From Octopus sinensis (taxonomy: Eukaryota): a stretch of DNA of 64,000 nt. A model generated the notes under the pieces. That model saw nothing but the letters and a program-made list of their open reading frames with translations, was not told the origin of the DNA and did no database searches. The position numbers and the translations under genes were made by a program. Positions 23,808-37,862 of the stretch are shown here, in pieces. Position 1 is the stretch's first letter; each line of letters starts with the position of its first letter. The DNA lies in assembly GCF_006345805.1 (NCBI RefSeq), contig NC_042998.1, positions 80,414,001-80,478,000 of the forward strand, given 5' to 3'.

Positions 23808-25239
23808 TGTATAACTGTACGATACTGAATGTAGAAATGCAGGTGTGTAAATTTCTGTATGAGTATCCGAACTGATGTGTCTGAGTATGTGTTTTTATAC
23901 GTATGCTTCAGTATGATTTTTTAAAGAGACACAGAGACAGACAGACAGAATGTGTGTATGTGTATGCGAAGTAACAGATCTATAGGTATTCCACTTTATT
24001 CTTACATCGTGTAAGTAATTCTGTTGTTAGTGAAACAGTAAACAATAACAAAATGAATAGACTTGCTGCCTGTGCCACTCCCCCGTCCCTCACCCACCAA
24101 ACAGTTTTGTCTTCTGTATTGTTGTATCAATATTTCAGTTATCTTATATGGCTAGCCTGCCTGCCTAATCTGTGACAATACTGTAGGGAATGTGGAGAGG
24201 AAGGCAGTTAGCTAAAACCTACAGTAAACATAGGGAGAGAAAGAGGGACAGTGGAAGACAGAGACAGATAGATGGAAGGAGAGAGAAATAGCGGAAATAA
24301 GAAAGGAAGAAAGAAGAAAAAGACATTTTAAAAGATAAGAAAGAAGAAAGAACTTCAAAAAAGTAACAAAGGAAATAAAATACAGAATGAAAGAAAAAGA
24401 AAGGCAGAGGGAAAGACTAGAAAGACAAAAAGTAGTAAGAAAAGCTATGTAACTTGAAGAACAAAGCTCCCTTGCAGAGAACAAGTGTTTTTCTTTGTTT
24501 TTAATTTTATTTGATAGTATGCACACAAGTGAAAATAATGTATTTGTTTAGTCAATAAATTGGTAATGTGTAATGAAGAATCTATTATAATGGGATATAT
24601 ATCTTCTGAGTCATGTTTATTGTCCATAGAGTGGGGGAAAGGGTACTGATTGTTGTCCTGCACACCCCAACATAAAAGAAGACCCTATATCAATTCAAAA
24701 GTGGTCAGAGCAAGGAAATAAAATGAGAACCAAGAACCAGTGCAAGTAAAAGGACAAGTTGAAAAGCTGGAAATTATTGCTTATTATATAAATTAACAGA
24801 ATCAGTAGAGCAAAATGCCTTTCAGTAATTTAGCTATGACCTTTTTACATTCTGAGTTCAAATTCTGTCTTGTTCAACTTTTCCTTTCATCACTCCAGGA
24901 TTCATAAAATAAATCACGAGTCAAGTATTGGGACTGATATAATCAACTAGCCCCTCATCTCAAACATCTAGTCTTCTAGAAATCATTAATTTTATAGTCC
25001 TATACTCTTAGAGTGGTTGGTCATCCAGCTGTAGAAACCACGCCAAATGAGACTGGAACCTGGCGCAGCTCCCCAATTTACCAGTTTTCAGTCAAACTGT
25101 CCAACTCATGCCAGCATGGAAAATGGATGTTGAATGATGATGATGATGATCATCATCATTTGTGCTGTAGGCATAAAACATTGTTCTGCTACTCAAGGTA
25201 AAGAATATGCATATGTGTATGCATGTGTGTGTGTGTACA

Positions 25240-25642
25240 TAATTGTGTGGTTAAGAAGATTGCTTTCATCCCTCATGGTTTGGGGTTCAATCCCACAACA
25301 GAACATCTTAGGCAGATGTTTTCTACTTACAGTCCAGGGCAAACTAAAGCCTTGTGAGTGGATTTGCTAGACAAAAACTGAAAGAAGCCCATAAAGCATG
25401 TATTTGAATGTGTGTGTGCTTGTATGTCCTTGTCTAGATACCACACAATACTTGTAAGCACATGTCATCATCATACAAGTGATGTTTATTTCTAATCTTT
25501 TGTGGAACTATGTCCAGCCATGGAAAAATATTATCTTGCTTGAAAACAGGTGAGGGTTGGCAAGAAGAAGGGTAACCAGCTGTAAAAAATTTGCCTGGAC
25601 AAACTCCTCATGACCCATGGTGATGATGACAATGATGATGAT
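25240..25642 (+). mobile_element. SINE with family-A head and RTE-type tail
   Basis: Same architecture as 7839-8258. Confidence 0.65.
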
Positions 25643-26029
25643 ATTTTTAAAAAGACCATAACCATACTACAAGATAACTAGATCAGCAACATCACATTAT
25701 TAAACAGTTTTTCTTTTTAAATCTTTTAATCATATAACAGCAGATCACGTGTGTATTTCACTGACAAAACAGAACATTATGTATGTAATGAACATATATC
25801 AGTATCAGTAATGCGTCAACCAACATAAGTCATTTTGCTGCTGTTGCATTATATTGCCTGCATTCCAGGTTATTTATAGTCAAATCATCTGTTGTCTGAC
25901 AAATTAATCCAGTTGTCTGGAAAATTAATCCCATTGCCAAGTGGTTAAAACAGCATCATAGCTGAACACATGAATTTGCACCTCAATCATAAACAGCAAA
26001 CATTGATGCAGGAAAGTTTTCACTGAGCA

Positions 26030-26450
26030 AACTATAAATCAATGTTTTACAAACATTATTTTTTTATCAAAGATGATGACTGTCTCCTCTTAACCCTTTC
26101 AACCCACCCATGACCATCTGTATAAAAAATGTTCATATTTAAAATAAACTCTTGATCAAAACGTCATCATTACATTAATATACATGTGAGAATTCAATAA
26201 AGATTTGACTTAATGTAAGTTGTGCTCCAGACATCATTATAATATAACCAATATATATAATTAAAAATGCAACAGTTAATTCATTCGGACTGACGTGCTT
26301 CTTATTCCACAGTTGTTCTCTCTTATGGATGTCAAGCTAGCCTTGCTCACTTTGTGATCTAACTTATCATTGAGATTTCTATCATTACTGATTGTATTGG
26401 CCCAGAGAAATAAAGTAGTTTGTCTCTTTCAGCTACCATTCTTTGATATA
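26030..26450 (-). mobile_element. Highly decayed RTE/BovB-like RT C-terminal fragment
   Basis: With frameshifts the minus strand gives LG.TISNDRNLNDKLDHKVSKAS...LWNKKHVS, resembling FKYLGSTIS.D...D.EI..RISKAS.AFGRL...LW. Confidence 0.45.
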
Positions 26451-28696
26451 ATTATTCTGCGTTGACCAGACACAGGAGTGTGTATTTACATATGCACATA
26501 CAATTATATATATATACTGTTATGTTAAAGTAACAGATTCATGAACCTCATCTTTTCAGATCCAGTTTTCACAACATTTTAAAATGGTCCGCTGGTAACA
26601 ACACATTTCTTCAAACTCTTTAATTACTTTCTTTCTTTCTATTTGAGAAGGAAGAATCTTTCCCAAAATAATTACAGGATCTTCAAACAACCTATGAAAG
26701 GTAATACAACATTTTTTTCTCTTTGTCTTTATTTTTTGACATCAACTGTTCAAAGTTTTCTCAAACATTTATCTCATTTATTTTTTTTATCTATTTGACA
26801 CCTCAACTAGTGAACATCATTGGTTACAGATTTCCAATAGGTTAGTTACTGGTTCATTGCATTTCTAATGGCAAGAGTGAGAAAGAAATGGCAGCAACCC
26901 AATGAAGACCAAATATCTCTCAAGAGACTTTGCCCATAAAACATCATATTTCAGTTTTCTCATTATTTATATCCTGTAATTTGCCAATAAATGTCAATAA
27001 AAATACACATATCCATCTGCTAAATTCGCCCCACAAAGTATTGGTCAGAGAAAAGATAGAAGAAAAAACACTTGCTCATGTAGGACTGAACCCAGACATA
27101 TGGCTTCAAAGTGAACTTCTTAACCACACAACCATGCTTGCACCCATTTACAGTGTTTTTGGTAGGTATATTAACCAAACATTTTTAGAAGCCATATTTT
27201 TACATAAACTTCCAAATGCATTAAAACAGAAGCAATGAGAGAGAGAGAGAGCTTCAGAGAGAGAGAGCCTCTATGTAGTTGCTGGAAGTGCTAGAAATCG
27301 CAACAAAATCTCTCTTTCTCTCTCACCAACCCTAATTACTTGCAAACAAAATGAAGAAAGAGACATTACACAGTATTGTCACAGATATACAAAAAGATGT
27401 GATTGTCATAGTTGGAATGCCTTTGATCATAGGTCTTAATGATCAGGGTTCACCAGGGTTAAACAGCAACAACTAAGTTACAAAAGTTGTGTAGAGTCAA
27501 AATATAAAAAATGATGATAAAAGTAGTGAGGCGAGAAGTCAGACCAAACGACATCTCCAGAAAAAAAAATTAATTTTTTACAGCAGAACTCTATAAAACT
27601 ATAAATAATAGAATGTAAAATATTGGATTTAAAATAAAACCCTTGGATGGAAAAAAAGTCAAAGGTACCAAAATGTTTTTTTTAACTTAATATTCTATAT
27701 ACTATTATTTACAGCTTTATCTACTTCGAGTACCACCATAAAAAAAAATACTTTATCTCAAAATTTTTAAATTCTTATAATGTAAATACCAACATTAATT
27801 AAAATTCCTCATACAGATACAAGGCCATAGATTCAGGGGGGGGGGAGTGCTAAGAACAGGCAATTAATCTACCCTTAGTATTTGATAAGTATTTACTTAT
27901 TTTAATGAACCAGGACACAGGAAAAGCAAAGATAACCCTAACAGGAAACGAACACAAAATGCACAGAAAGGCAATTGATATTATAGTAAGGTATTTTACT
28001 GGATCTTTACTGATAGCCAATCATCTATTTTAACAATGATAATAATTCTGATAAGACATATATGAGTAAGACTAAAATTCAAAACCTTTTTATGCCTCAA
28101 GGTTTCAGTGACATTGCTCTTTAAAATAGATAAAATGGTGGAGTGTTTACTTTTAATTTTATATTAGATTTCAAAACTGAAAAAGGACAAAAAGTTGTAT
28201 CTGCTTGTTGATATCATATTGATGTTGTAAATAAGAAGGTAAAAAAAAAAATATTTATTTTTAAAGTTACTCAGATGGCACACCTCTTGTTCCTTCAGCT
28301 ATGTTTGTATACATCCTCATGCAGACTTCATAAAAGACATTATTAAACTGATAAAAGGGTTAGTAACCAGGAAATGCTCTTTTCTTTGAACAAGAAGACT
28401 ATTGTTAAAGTTTTATTCATGGCAAATTTAGACTGATAACAAGATGGCTATTTTAGTAAGATAAACTAATTTTTCAATTACAGAATGAATGTGTATGTGT
28501 GAGTTTAAAAAAAAAATTTTTACTACCAAACAAAAATATGTATAATTATTTTGTAAGGTGTTGAAAATAGGATTTTTATCTACTCAACCAGGTGAGAATC
28601 TCTTTTACTATTGTTAAAAGTCATAGTACATAATGGTCTGATTTAGTAAGGTCCATAACCAAAACAGGGTGACCTGGTGGTGGCTAGACTGATTAA

Positions 28697-28908
28697 CCCT
28701 TTTGTTACTGTATTTATTTTGAATGCTCCGTGTTTCTTTAAATTACTTTAAATATAACAAAGAATTTATAAAATAACTTAGTTGTCATTAAGCAAGTGTT
28801 AGGAAGATAAATTGTGACTAAGATTTGGTGGAAGATTTTAATTCAAAACTCATGAAAATAAGACATTTGTACTCAGAGCCAGTTTCAGCCGGGTTGGTAA
28901 CGAAAGGG
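28697..28908. mobile_element. piggyBac-type MITE (212 bp)
   Basis: TTAA|cccttttgttac ... gtaacgaaaggg|TTAA: terminal inverted repeats and TTAA on both sides. Confidence 0.85.
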
Positions 28909-28914
28909 TTAAGA

Positions 28915-29915
28915 ACATGAAGGCAGAAAAGGTACTTGATTTATCAGGAATTACCGCAGTGAGGCTTAAATATTTGGAAGAGTGGGAAATGGACTGGTCA
29001 TTCAAATAGTAAATAAGGTAGTACAAAAGGGTGTCATACCCAATAATTGGTATAACGGCATCATCATCAACTACTACAAGAGCAAAGGAGATGCGCTAGA
29101 AAGAGGAAACTACAGAGGTGTTAAAATATTAGATCAAGTTGTGAAAGTTATGGAAAGAGTTATATCTCAATTGATTAGGAATAAAATTAACTAAGATGAG
29201 ACACAATTTTGGTTTTATGCCAAAAGGAAGTGCTATTAATGCCATCTTTCAACTGAGACTATTGCAGAAGTGCAAAACCAAGAATAATCTATATCTGGTA
29301 TTTGTCAATCTAGAGAAGGCTTTTGACAACATTTCACACTCTATGATCTGGTAGTCACTAAGAAAGCAAGGAGGAAATAAATAGCTTGTGAGAGCTGTAC
29401 AAGCCATGTACAGAGGCTCAGTCAGCAAGGTGGAAGTTAGTAATGAGTATAGTGATGAATTTAGCATGAAGGTAAAAGTGCATCAGGGCTCAGTTCTTCA
29501 GTCCCCAACCATTTATTATAGTCCTCCAAGCAAAAACAGAAGAGTTTAAGACTTGCTACCCATGAAACTCCTGTATACTGACATAATTCTTGTAGCTGAG
29601 TATGTAGAATTAGAAAAGACATTCCAGGTGTAGAAACAAAACCTAGATTCAAGAAGCATCATAGTAAACTTAGCAAAGACTAAATTATTTGCAAGTAGAA
29701 CAGCCAGGGTCCTGCTATTATCATGGAAATGGTCATATTCAATAAAGAGAAAAGAAACGGGTTGGAATTCTATAGTGTATTCATTACAAATTGGTTGCAT
29801 AAGCTGTGTGGTCAGATCATATGCAGGTTAAGCAATAAGCACACTAAGAGCATATGCAAAATAGACTCTCTCAAATGTCCAGGTAGCTTTTTAGGTGTAG
29901 TTGATAGTTTCTGTT
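28915..29915 (+). mobile_element. Degenerate RTE RT fragment, same family as 11300-13706
   Basis: KGDALERGNYRGVKILDQVVKVMERVISQLIR, plus decayed FVNLEKAFD, VHQGSVL and gtagttgatagtttc segments collinear with the young copy; many stops. Confidence 0.85.
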
Positions 29916-29989
29916 ACATAAAAAGACCTAATATATGTACACACACACACACTTATTCATCCATCTTTTCCACTCACTATTCCTGAGAA

Positions 29990-30290
29990 TGCCATGGGAG
30001 TACAGTCCTCAGGCACCCTCACCATAGGATCCTGTCAGAATCAGCCATCTTTAGACTTTCCAGTTAGATTCCCAAGTATAACCAACTAAGACTATGGATA
30101 TTATCCAAACATCCTTGATCTACCATTAGGTCTCCTACTGGTCAGCTTGGCTTGAAGAATCCATCTTACAATTATTTTCTGCAATATTCTAATCACCTGT
30201 CCACAGCATATCATCACAGTCCTGGTCAGTTCTTATTGAAAGTTATTTTTCTCCAAGATGAGTCAGAAAATCACATCCTGGATTGATTTC
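29990..30290 (-). mobile_element. Second copy of the old RTE-type fragment at 14240-14560
   Basis: Shared cttggcttgaagaatccatctt core and collinear flanks. Confidence 0.5.
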
Positions 30291-30360
30291 TACAGTCTAT
30301 GTCCTACCTAACACTATCTATCTATTAATCTACCTACCTACCTACCTACCTACCTACCTA

Positions 30361-30394
<34 letters not shown>

Positions 30395-30546
30395 TGTTAC
30401 ATGAACAAAAATGTTGACTAAATATGCAAGTAGAATAAAATATAAAGTGGTCATTGTTACTCAGAGTTTCATGTCCAACTAATTTATCGATTAGAAGAGT
30501 ATGAAATTCATTAACAATGTATATTCTATAAAGGACAGTACCACTT

Positions 30547-30579
<33 letters not shown>

Positions 30580-30969
30580 AAGTATTCATATAATTTTGAG
30601 TTATAAATAGATTTTATTTTTTAATATTGATGAATAAACAATTGTAGACTTTTCTATATTTATTTTTATAAATTTTTCTTGTAATTTGCCAACCTTTGAA
30701 GCTTTCAATTATATCCTTCGGGATGATGTGAATCCAAGCAAAGGTTGAAATGAAGGATCAAATTTATTACATTTCATTACATTTTTTAAAAATATTTCAT
30801 TAAGTTTCAAGTTTCAAACTGATTAACAAAAGTTTTCATAAGCTGAAGCAAAAGACAATTAAAGCAGAATATGAACAATTACAAAAACAGAAATTGAAAT
30901 TCAAACTTCAACTGACATTCAATATGATATCGAAATTCAAATTTAGATTAATATATCTTTTATCCTTTA

Positions 30970-31303
30970 CTGCAAGGGTTCTCGGCCACTTTTTATGGAC
31001 CCCTTTGATTACTATTTTATTCTGATGACCCTCTCATAGCCATTCACATTTAAAAACTAGTTTTATAGAAACTTCTTTCAAAATTACTATTTCGTTTATC
31101 AAGCATTAACTTGTGTACGTTGAACTATGTAAAATGTTAGAGAAAGAAACCTGGCTGTTTCTTGCAATACATACCAAGTGAAATTTTTTCAGGGGCCCTC
31201 AAAGTACTATTGTGGATCCCCAATTTACAATTTTGTGGTGTTGACCCCCAAAAATCTTATATGGACCTTCAGGGACCATATGGATACCAGTTGAGAACCA
31301 TTG
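30970..31303 (-). mobile_element. hAT (Charlie-like) MITE, second copy
   Basis: Ends gttgagaaccattg; interior (tattgtggatcc, aaaactagtttt) is the reverse complement of 19852-20185. Confidence 0.6.
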
Positions 31304-31676
31304 CTTTATTGGTTTCAGTCATTTAACTGCAGTCATGCAGGGGCACCACTTGAAGGCTTTTAGTCAAACAAATTGACCTCAGTACTTATTTTTTTAAAGT
31401 CTCATATTTTATCAGTTCTTTTGCCACACCACTAAGTTACAACAGTTGTAAACAAACCAACACCAGTTGTCAAGTAATATGGGGGATAACAAACACAGGC
31501 TCAAAGACTGACACACATGAAAGGCTTCCATACAGTTTCCATCTACCGACTGCACTCATTAGGCATCGGTTGGTTCAGGACTATAGTAGAAAACACTTGC
31601 CACACAGTGGAACTGAACCCGAAGCTATGCAGTTGTAAATGAGCTTCTTAACCATACAGTCTTACCTGCACCTATA
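31304..31676 (-). mobile_element. SINE family A copy
   Basis: Same head, core and tail in reverse orientation. Confidence 0.7.
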
Positions 31677-32715
31677 TTTAAGCTTATATTTTTACTTCTT
31701 TAAATTAATTTTAATTTTCAGGTTCCAACTATTTTTAACTTCAATCATTGAAAAGCTCTCTTTTAATCAACTTGAGATTTTTATCAAAGAAGGAAAAAAA
31801 AAATTTTGGAATAAGAAATAAAAACAATTTCAATTAACTGAAAAAGAAAATCTTTCTTTAAACAAATATAACAGCAGATGACATTTCTAAAATTGTGGAG
31901 TCAAATGAGGAAAAGCAGAGCCTTTGACCTTTGTAGTTCCTCTCAGTCTGGTGAGAAGAAAAGACAGTCATCATCTGTTACAGTTTCAACATTTGAAGGT
32001 CAGTCAATGTTTGCAGAAAAATGCATAGGAAAGGGACTGAATTCCAGAGAATTGCAGTGCTGGGGTGGAAAAATTGGGAGAAATATTTAGTGCAAAGTCA
32101 GACACCATGATGGTATCATATATCCTGTTATACCTATGAAGTTGCTTTTGTTGTTGTTAGCTACCCTCCAAACCCCACTCTCAAAAACAACTAGCATGGA
32201 ACATGCAAATAAATGATCAAAGACAAAACTATTTGCTTTTTTGGCTGCCATAAAGACAAACAGAACATTAGCAGCATTGTCAACACATAAACATTAAAGT
32301 CATCAAAACCATTATCAAATTACTCCAGCAGTCGTCCTTTTTGTTATTAAATTTGTCATTCCATCACTTTTATACAGTTTATCAATATATTAGATATAGT
32401 ATGTTGAAGGGATAACAACGTCAGTAGGTGATAAAGTCACAAATATTGAAGAAGAGGTAGTTGTCTGGTATTTATTTTACCAACACTAGGTGAATGTAAG
32501 ATAAAGTTGACACTTGCATAATTTGAACAGAGAACACAAAGAAAAGCAATCAGACACCTCACAATGCTTGAAATAGTAGTCAAATCTCCCTTAAATTACA
32601 CTCTAATGACTTAGAAAAGCCCAAATCTGAAGAGAGGGTTAGTCAATAACATTGCTTCTAGTAATAGACTAGTTACCTTATGTAATTGACCTTCAAAATA
32701 TCAAAGGAAATGTTA

Positions 32716-33815
32716 GGCACAAGGCTTGAAATTTGGGGGAGGTAGTGGGGTGCTAGTTGATTATATCAACTCCAGTGCTCAACTGCTGCTTATCTTATCG
32801 ATCCTGAAAGGATAAAAGGCAAAGTTGACCGTGGCAGAATTTGAACTCAGAACATAAAAACAGATAAAATGCCACTAAGTATTTTAATGATTTTGCTAGT
32901 TAACCAACTTAATTGATTATAAAAATTAGAATAATCCTTTCTACTACAGGCACAAGGCCTGAAATATGGGGACAGGAGGTTAAATAATTACACTGACCTC
33001 AGTATTCAACTGGAACTTATTTTATTGACCCCAAAAGGATGAAAGGCAAAATCGACCTTGATGGAATTTGAACTCAGAATGTAAAGCTGAAAGAAATACT
33101 GCTAAGCATTTTGTCCAACATACTAATGATTCTGTCAGCTCACTGCCTTCACAATAATAATAATAATAATAACAACAACAACAAGGGTTTCAAAGTTTTG
33201 ACACAAGGGCAGCAATTTTAGGGAAGTGGGGTAAGTTGATTACATCAACACCAGCACTTGACAAGTACTTTATTTTATCAACTTCAAAAGAGTGAAAGGC
33301 AAAGGTTGGCCTCTGATTTGAACTCAAAAAGTAAAGAGCCAGAACAAATACTGCAATTCCACTGCCAATTCAATACAATAATAATAATAATCCTTTCTAC
33401 TATAGGCATAAGACCTGAAATTTTGGGGGAGGGGGCTAGTCAATTACATCAACCTCAGTGTTCAACTAGTGCTTAATTTGTCAACCCAGAAATGATGAAA
33501 AGTAAAGTCAACCTTGACGCAAATTGAACTCAGAAAATAATGAGTCAAAAGAAATACTGCTAAGCATCTTCTCCAACATGCAAACAATTCTGCCAACCAA
33601 CTCTAATATAGGCACAAGGTTTGAAATTTTGTAGGAGGGGATAGTCAGTTACATTAACCACAGTGCTTATCTGGTACTTTATTTTTACCAAGTATGAAAG
33701 GCAAGGCTGACCTTGGCAGAATTTGAACTCAGAAGATAAAGAACCAGAAGAAATAACACTAAATATTTTGCTCAGCACATTAATGATTCTGCCAACTTGC
33801 CACCATAATAATAAA
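32716..33815 (-). repeat. Head-to-tail array of five family-B SINEs separated by (AAT/AAC)n
   Basis: Unit starts (plus-strand ggcacaagg-like) at ~32716, 32949, 33200, 33405 and 33611. Confidence 0.85.
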
Positions 33816-34587
33816 AAATCTACTTTCTCTTCAATGATTTACACATCTCCTTCCCTGCAGCCAAGAATGCAAATATTCTACCAGTACAAAGAATTCGTGC
33901 AGATTCCATGATTTCAAAAATGCTAAATTAATTACAGAAAATAATGAAAAGTAATCAATAAAAGCTGATAAATATGAACATGTAAATTCTTTAAATGAAT
34001 AGATAGATAGCAGATGTGAATATCTTACAGTCAATTAATCAAAGTGACGAACTAAGTTATGTCTCTTATGTAAGCAGATTAAACAGGTAAAAGCTGACTA
34101 TCCAGCGTGAATCATATATATATAATACATACAATCTGACTCGCTTATTTAATACAATCAAGATAAAGGATGAAAAAAAATGATTAAAAAAGAAAAAAAT
34201 AAAGAAAAATAAAAGAGACTAAGGATAAAATCCAGGCTATCATAGAATAGAAAAAGATGAATAGCTTATTTGAGAAAGTGTCATAAGCTGCTTCATAAAG
34301 AATATTATTTCCCTAAGGCAACAGAGCTAGCAGGAAATAGATGTACAGGGGTGTAGGGCAGTAAGTAATGTTGGGGAATTTATAAAGCATCATTAATACC
34401 AGTTTCTGTTACATAATTGTAGCTTGTGTTTCAACTAGATGTGTAAGTAATAAGTCAGATACATATATAATAATAATAATACTCATAAAAATAATTCAAC
34501 TCAGACAACAAACATGCAATGTAATCACCATCTTAAAAACAATGTACGACAAATGTGTACATATGTGTGTGTGTGTGTGTGTGTGAA

Positions 34588-34808
34588 TACAATGGGGTGT
34601 TGAAAAGTTCCTGGCTTTGGATAAAAGCAAATACATGAGGATCAGTTAATTATGGTTTTATGGAACATATTCCCACCTCAGATTCACACCCATATTGCAG
34701 CAGTCCCTCAGTTTTTCTAATCCCTATAAAAGAACTCAGAAGGTTGGGCCTCCAACTAGGCCTTTCGCAATACCCTTAAAACCAGGAACTTTCCAGCACA
34801 TTTTCATA
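34588..34808. mobile_element. Tc1/mariner-type MITE, second copy
   Basis: ggggtgttgaaaagttcctggcttt ... aaaaccaggaactttccagcac; interior matches 23619-23807. Confidence 0.75.
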
Positions 34809-35743
34809 TATATATATATATATTTCTATGTAATCATCTCCCAATATATATAACACAATTCACACAGCACATATTCAACACAATCAAATCCCAATAAAAT
34901 AACACAATGCTAAGAACTGCCATCAGTCAAGGATTAACCATTCATCTGCATTTGCATACACTGGCATGTAGCCTAGTGGTTAGGGTGTTATGTTCTCAAT
35001 CTTAAAGTTATGTCTTTGAATCCTGGACTGGGCAATGCTGTGTCTCTGAGCAAGGTACTTCAATTACATTATTCTAGTCTATTTCGCTGAACAACAAGTA
35101 TCATCACAATGCTGGTGCAGATCTTCTATCCTTCCAGTTGCCACATCCTTGACATTCCAATGGTTCATAACACAAAACCAGGTGAGCACTAGGGTTTAGA
35201 AGATATATATATACACACACACACACATATACATATCTGAAGGAATATGGCTCAGTGGTTAAAACATTGGGCTCACCATCATGAGGTAGTGAGTTAGATT
35301 TCCAGACTGGGCTGTGTGTTTTTTTGTCATCATACTGTCTCAAATGTTCATTTAGTCATTCGACAATGCTCATAGGTGTTTCCTCTATGTATATCATGTT
35401 CAGGTCTTTACAAGCATCTTCTTTGCATCTTATACTGTAAAATACATTTCTAGTCCTACAGTTAATGCCAGGGCTGATACTACGTACCATGCAGTTAATA
35501 GTCATCCATACTCTATGAACATGCCAAGGACCAACATGGAGGCAACCTGCGTCATCTTGACATCCGCTATTTATCCAAGCAACCAAAGGACCTAACACTC
35601 AGACAAATACAGAAGTATGTCTTCATAAATGAAACATCCCCAGTACTAAATAGGAAATAGACGTAGTAGATAATCATACTACCATACCCACAGTTTATAT
35701 TTATATACAGGTAGAACAGTTAGTGGGCTGTTATGTAGATGAA

Positions 35744-35782
<39 letters not shown>

Positions 35783-35930
35783 ATATGCACATGTATGTAG
35801 TCATATGGATATGAAAGTAAACAGATAGACATACAGATGGATAGGTACATAGGTTATATGAACAGCACACACACATACACAAATGAAGATTGAAAGAGGT
35901 ATATGATCGTTTCATGTAACTATCTATCAA

Positions 35931-36184
35931 GAGCAATCTTCAGCTGCACAAAGACATAGAATATAATTAAATTAGAATGGCACATTAGTATAATTTTACC
36001 CAAAATTTCCAACATATCCTCTTGGAAATTTTGGGTAAAATTATACTAATGTGCCATTACAACTACAGTTGTAACATGTTCTTTGTCTATCTCCTTATCC
36101 TCTTGGAGATTTGTGGTAAAATTATACTAATATGTCCTTCAAATTTAATTAAATTCTATGTCTTTGTGCAGCTGAAGATTGCTC
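35931..36184. repeat. Nested inverted repeats (outer 32 bp, inner 37 bp, both perfect)
   Basis: 35931-35962 pairs with 36153-36184; 35976-36012 pairs with 36022-36058. Confidence 0.95.
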
Positions 36185-36300
36185 TACATTTTAAATTGAT
36201 GTAATGAAATGATTGCATTGTTCAATTAAATGGAGTCGCATGAAATGATCGTACTGCATTATCTCTGGATATCCTTGTTGCTTATTTTGATTATATATAT

Positions 36301-36529
36301 ACGGTGGCATGTAAAAAGCACCATCCGATCGTGGCCATTTACCAGCCTTGTCTGGCACGTAAAAGCACCCACTACACTCACGGAGTGGTTGGCGTTAGGA
36401 AGGGCATCCAGCCATAGAAACACTGCCAGATCAGACTGGGCCTGGTGCAGCCTTCTGGCTCCCCAGACCCCAGTTGAACCGTCCAACCCATGCTAGCATG
36501 GAAAGCAGACGCTAAACGATGATGATGAT
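36301..36529 (+). mobile_element. RTE 3' end (5'-truncated copy)
   Basis: Two tggcacgtaaaagcacc modules, shared tail, (gat)n. Confidence 0.85.
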
Positions 36530-37862
36530 ATATATACACACATATATATATATAGACATACATACATCATCATCGTTTAACGTCCGCTTTCCATGCTAGC
36601 ATGGGTTGGACGATTTGACTGAGGTCCGGCGAAGACATTTTACCATAGAAAATCTGCCTCAACAAATTCTGTCTCATCCATGCAAGCATAGACAAGCTGA
36701 TATTAAAATGATGTTGATGGTCATGTTCAATTACAGCTACCACACATTGCCAAGACAAGGAGATACTTACATGTACACACACACATGCATAATATGACGG
36801 GCTTCTTTCAGTTTCCCTGTAATCCACTCACAAGGCCTTGGTTGGCCCTGGGTTATAGTAGAAGGCACTTGCCTAACATGCCATGCAGTTGGACTGAACC
36901 CAAAACCATGTGGTTGAAAAGATCTATTAATGCGCGCATGTGTATACACACACAATATCCTGATGTGAATTCAGTTTGCTGATTGGCTGGTTATTGCTCA
37001 TTTGATGAGCAACACCATGGCAAAAGGCACCAACCTTTAAGTTGTATCTTAAAAGTTCCAGTACAATTCCATTTGTAAACTCGATGGTAATCACTCGCAA
37101 ATTATCCAGTGAATTTAATGCTTTTAACACCAAATTACCAGCCATGCTATTGTATGTAATTGTAGCTAAGTGGCTGAAACAACACACTATGTTCAACATG
37201 CAATCCTGGCCAGTCTTTATTGGCATCCAACAAGAACATACATACTAATCTTAACTTAATTAAAATATTACACTTAATTAACGTATGGTAAACAACAGAG
37301 TCCAAGGAAACTGGTAATGGTCTGCATTGTCAAAAATTATACAGCAAATTTGGTGAGTTTGGATATGATTATATGTCATAGGAAAAAGAGGAATTTAATG
37401 TTTCAGTTACTGGCATTTTAGAGATAGAGAGAGCAAAAATATATTTCCACCTGGAAAAAATTAATTCCTACTGTTGAAATTAATTATTTTTCTCAATCTT
37501 AGACAATGGGGCCAGGTTTGGTCCCACTGTGTGGTAGGCAGGTAGGTAGGTAGGTAGGTAGGTAGGTAGGATAGATAAGATAGATAGATAGGTGTGTGTG
37601 TGTGTGTATGTGTTTGTTCCCCACCACAGTTGGTGGGGCATTTACATCCCCGTAACTCAGTGGTTCAGCAAAAGAGGCCAATAAGATAAGTGCCAGGTTT
37701 AAAAAATGGATCCTGGAGCCAATTCATTTGACTAAAAACATTCTCCAAGGTGGTGCCCCAGCATGGCCATAGTCTAATGACTGAAACAAGTAAAATGTTA
37801 TCAATTAATCCTGAAAGGTTAAGATTCTTCTTCTGACTGAGGTATACAAATTTATCCAAACG

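Noticed and set aside
36166-36225. CUGAAGA...GAAA as a second functional hammerhead
   Set aside because: Stem I does not form and the stem II base is irregular; used only as weak support for a Penelope-like origin.
36927-37248. Overlapping 99-aa (-) and 68-aa (+) ORFs in non-repetitive sequence
   Set aside because: No recognisable motif or splice context; expected by chance.
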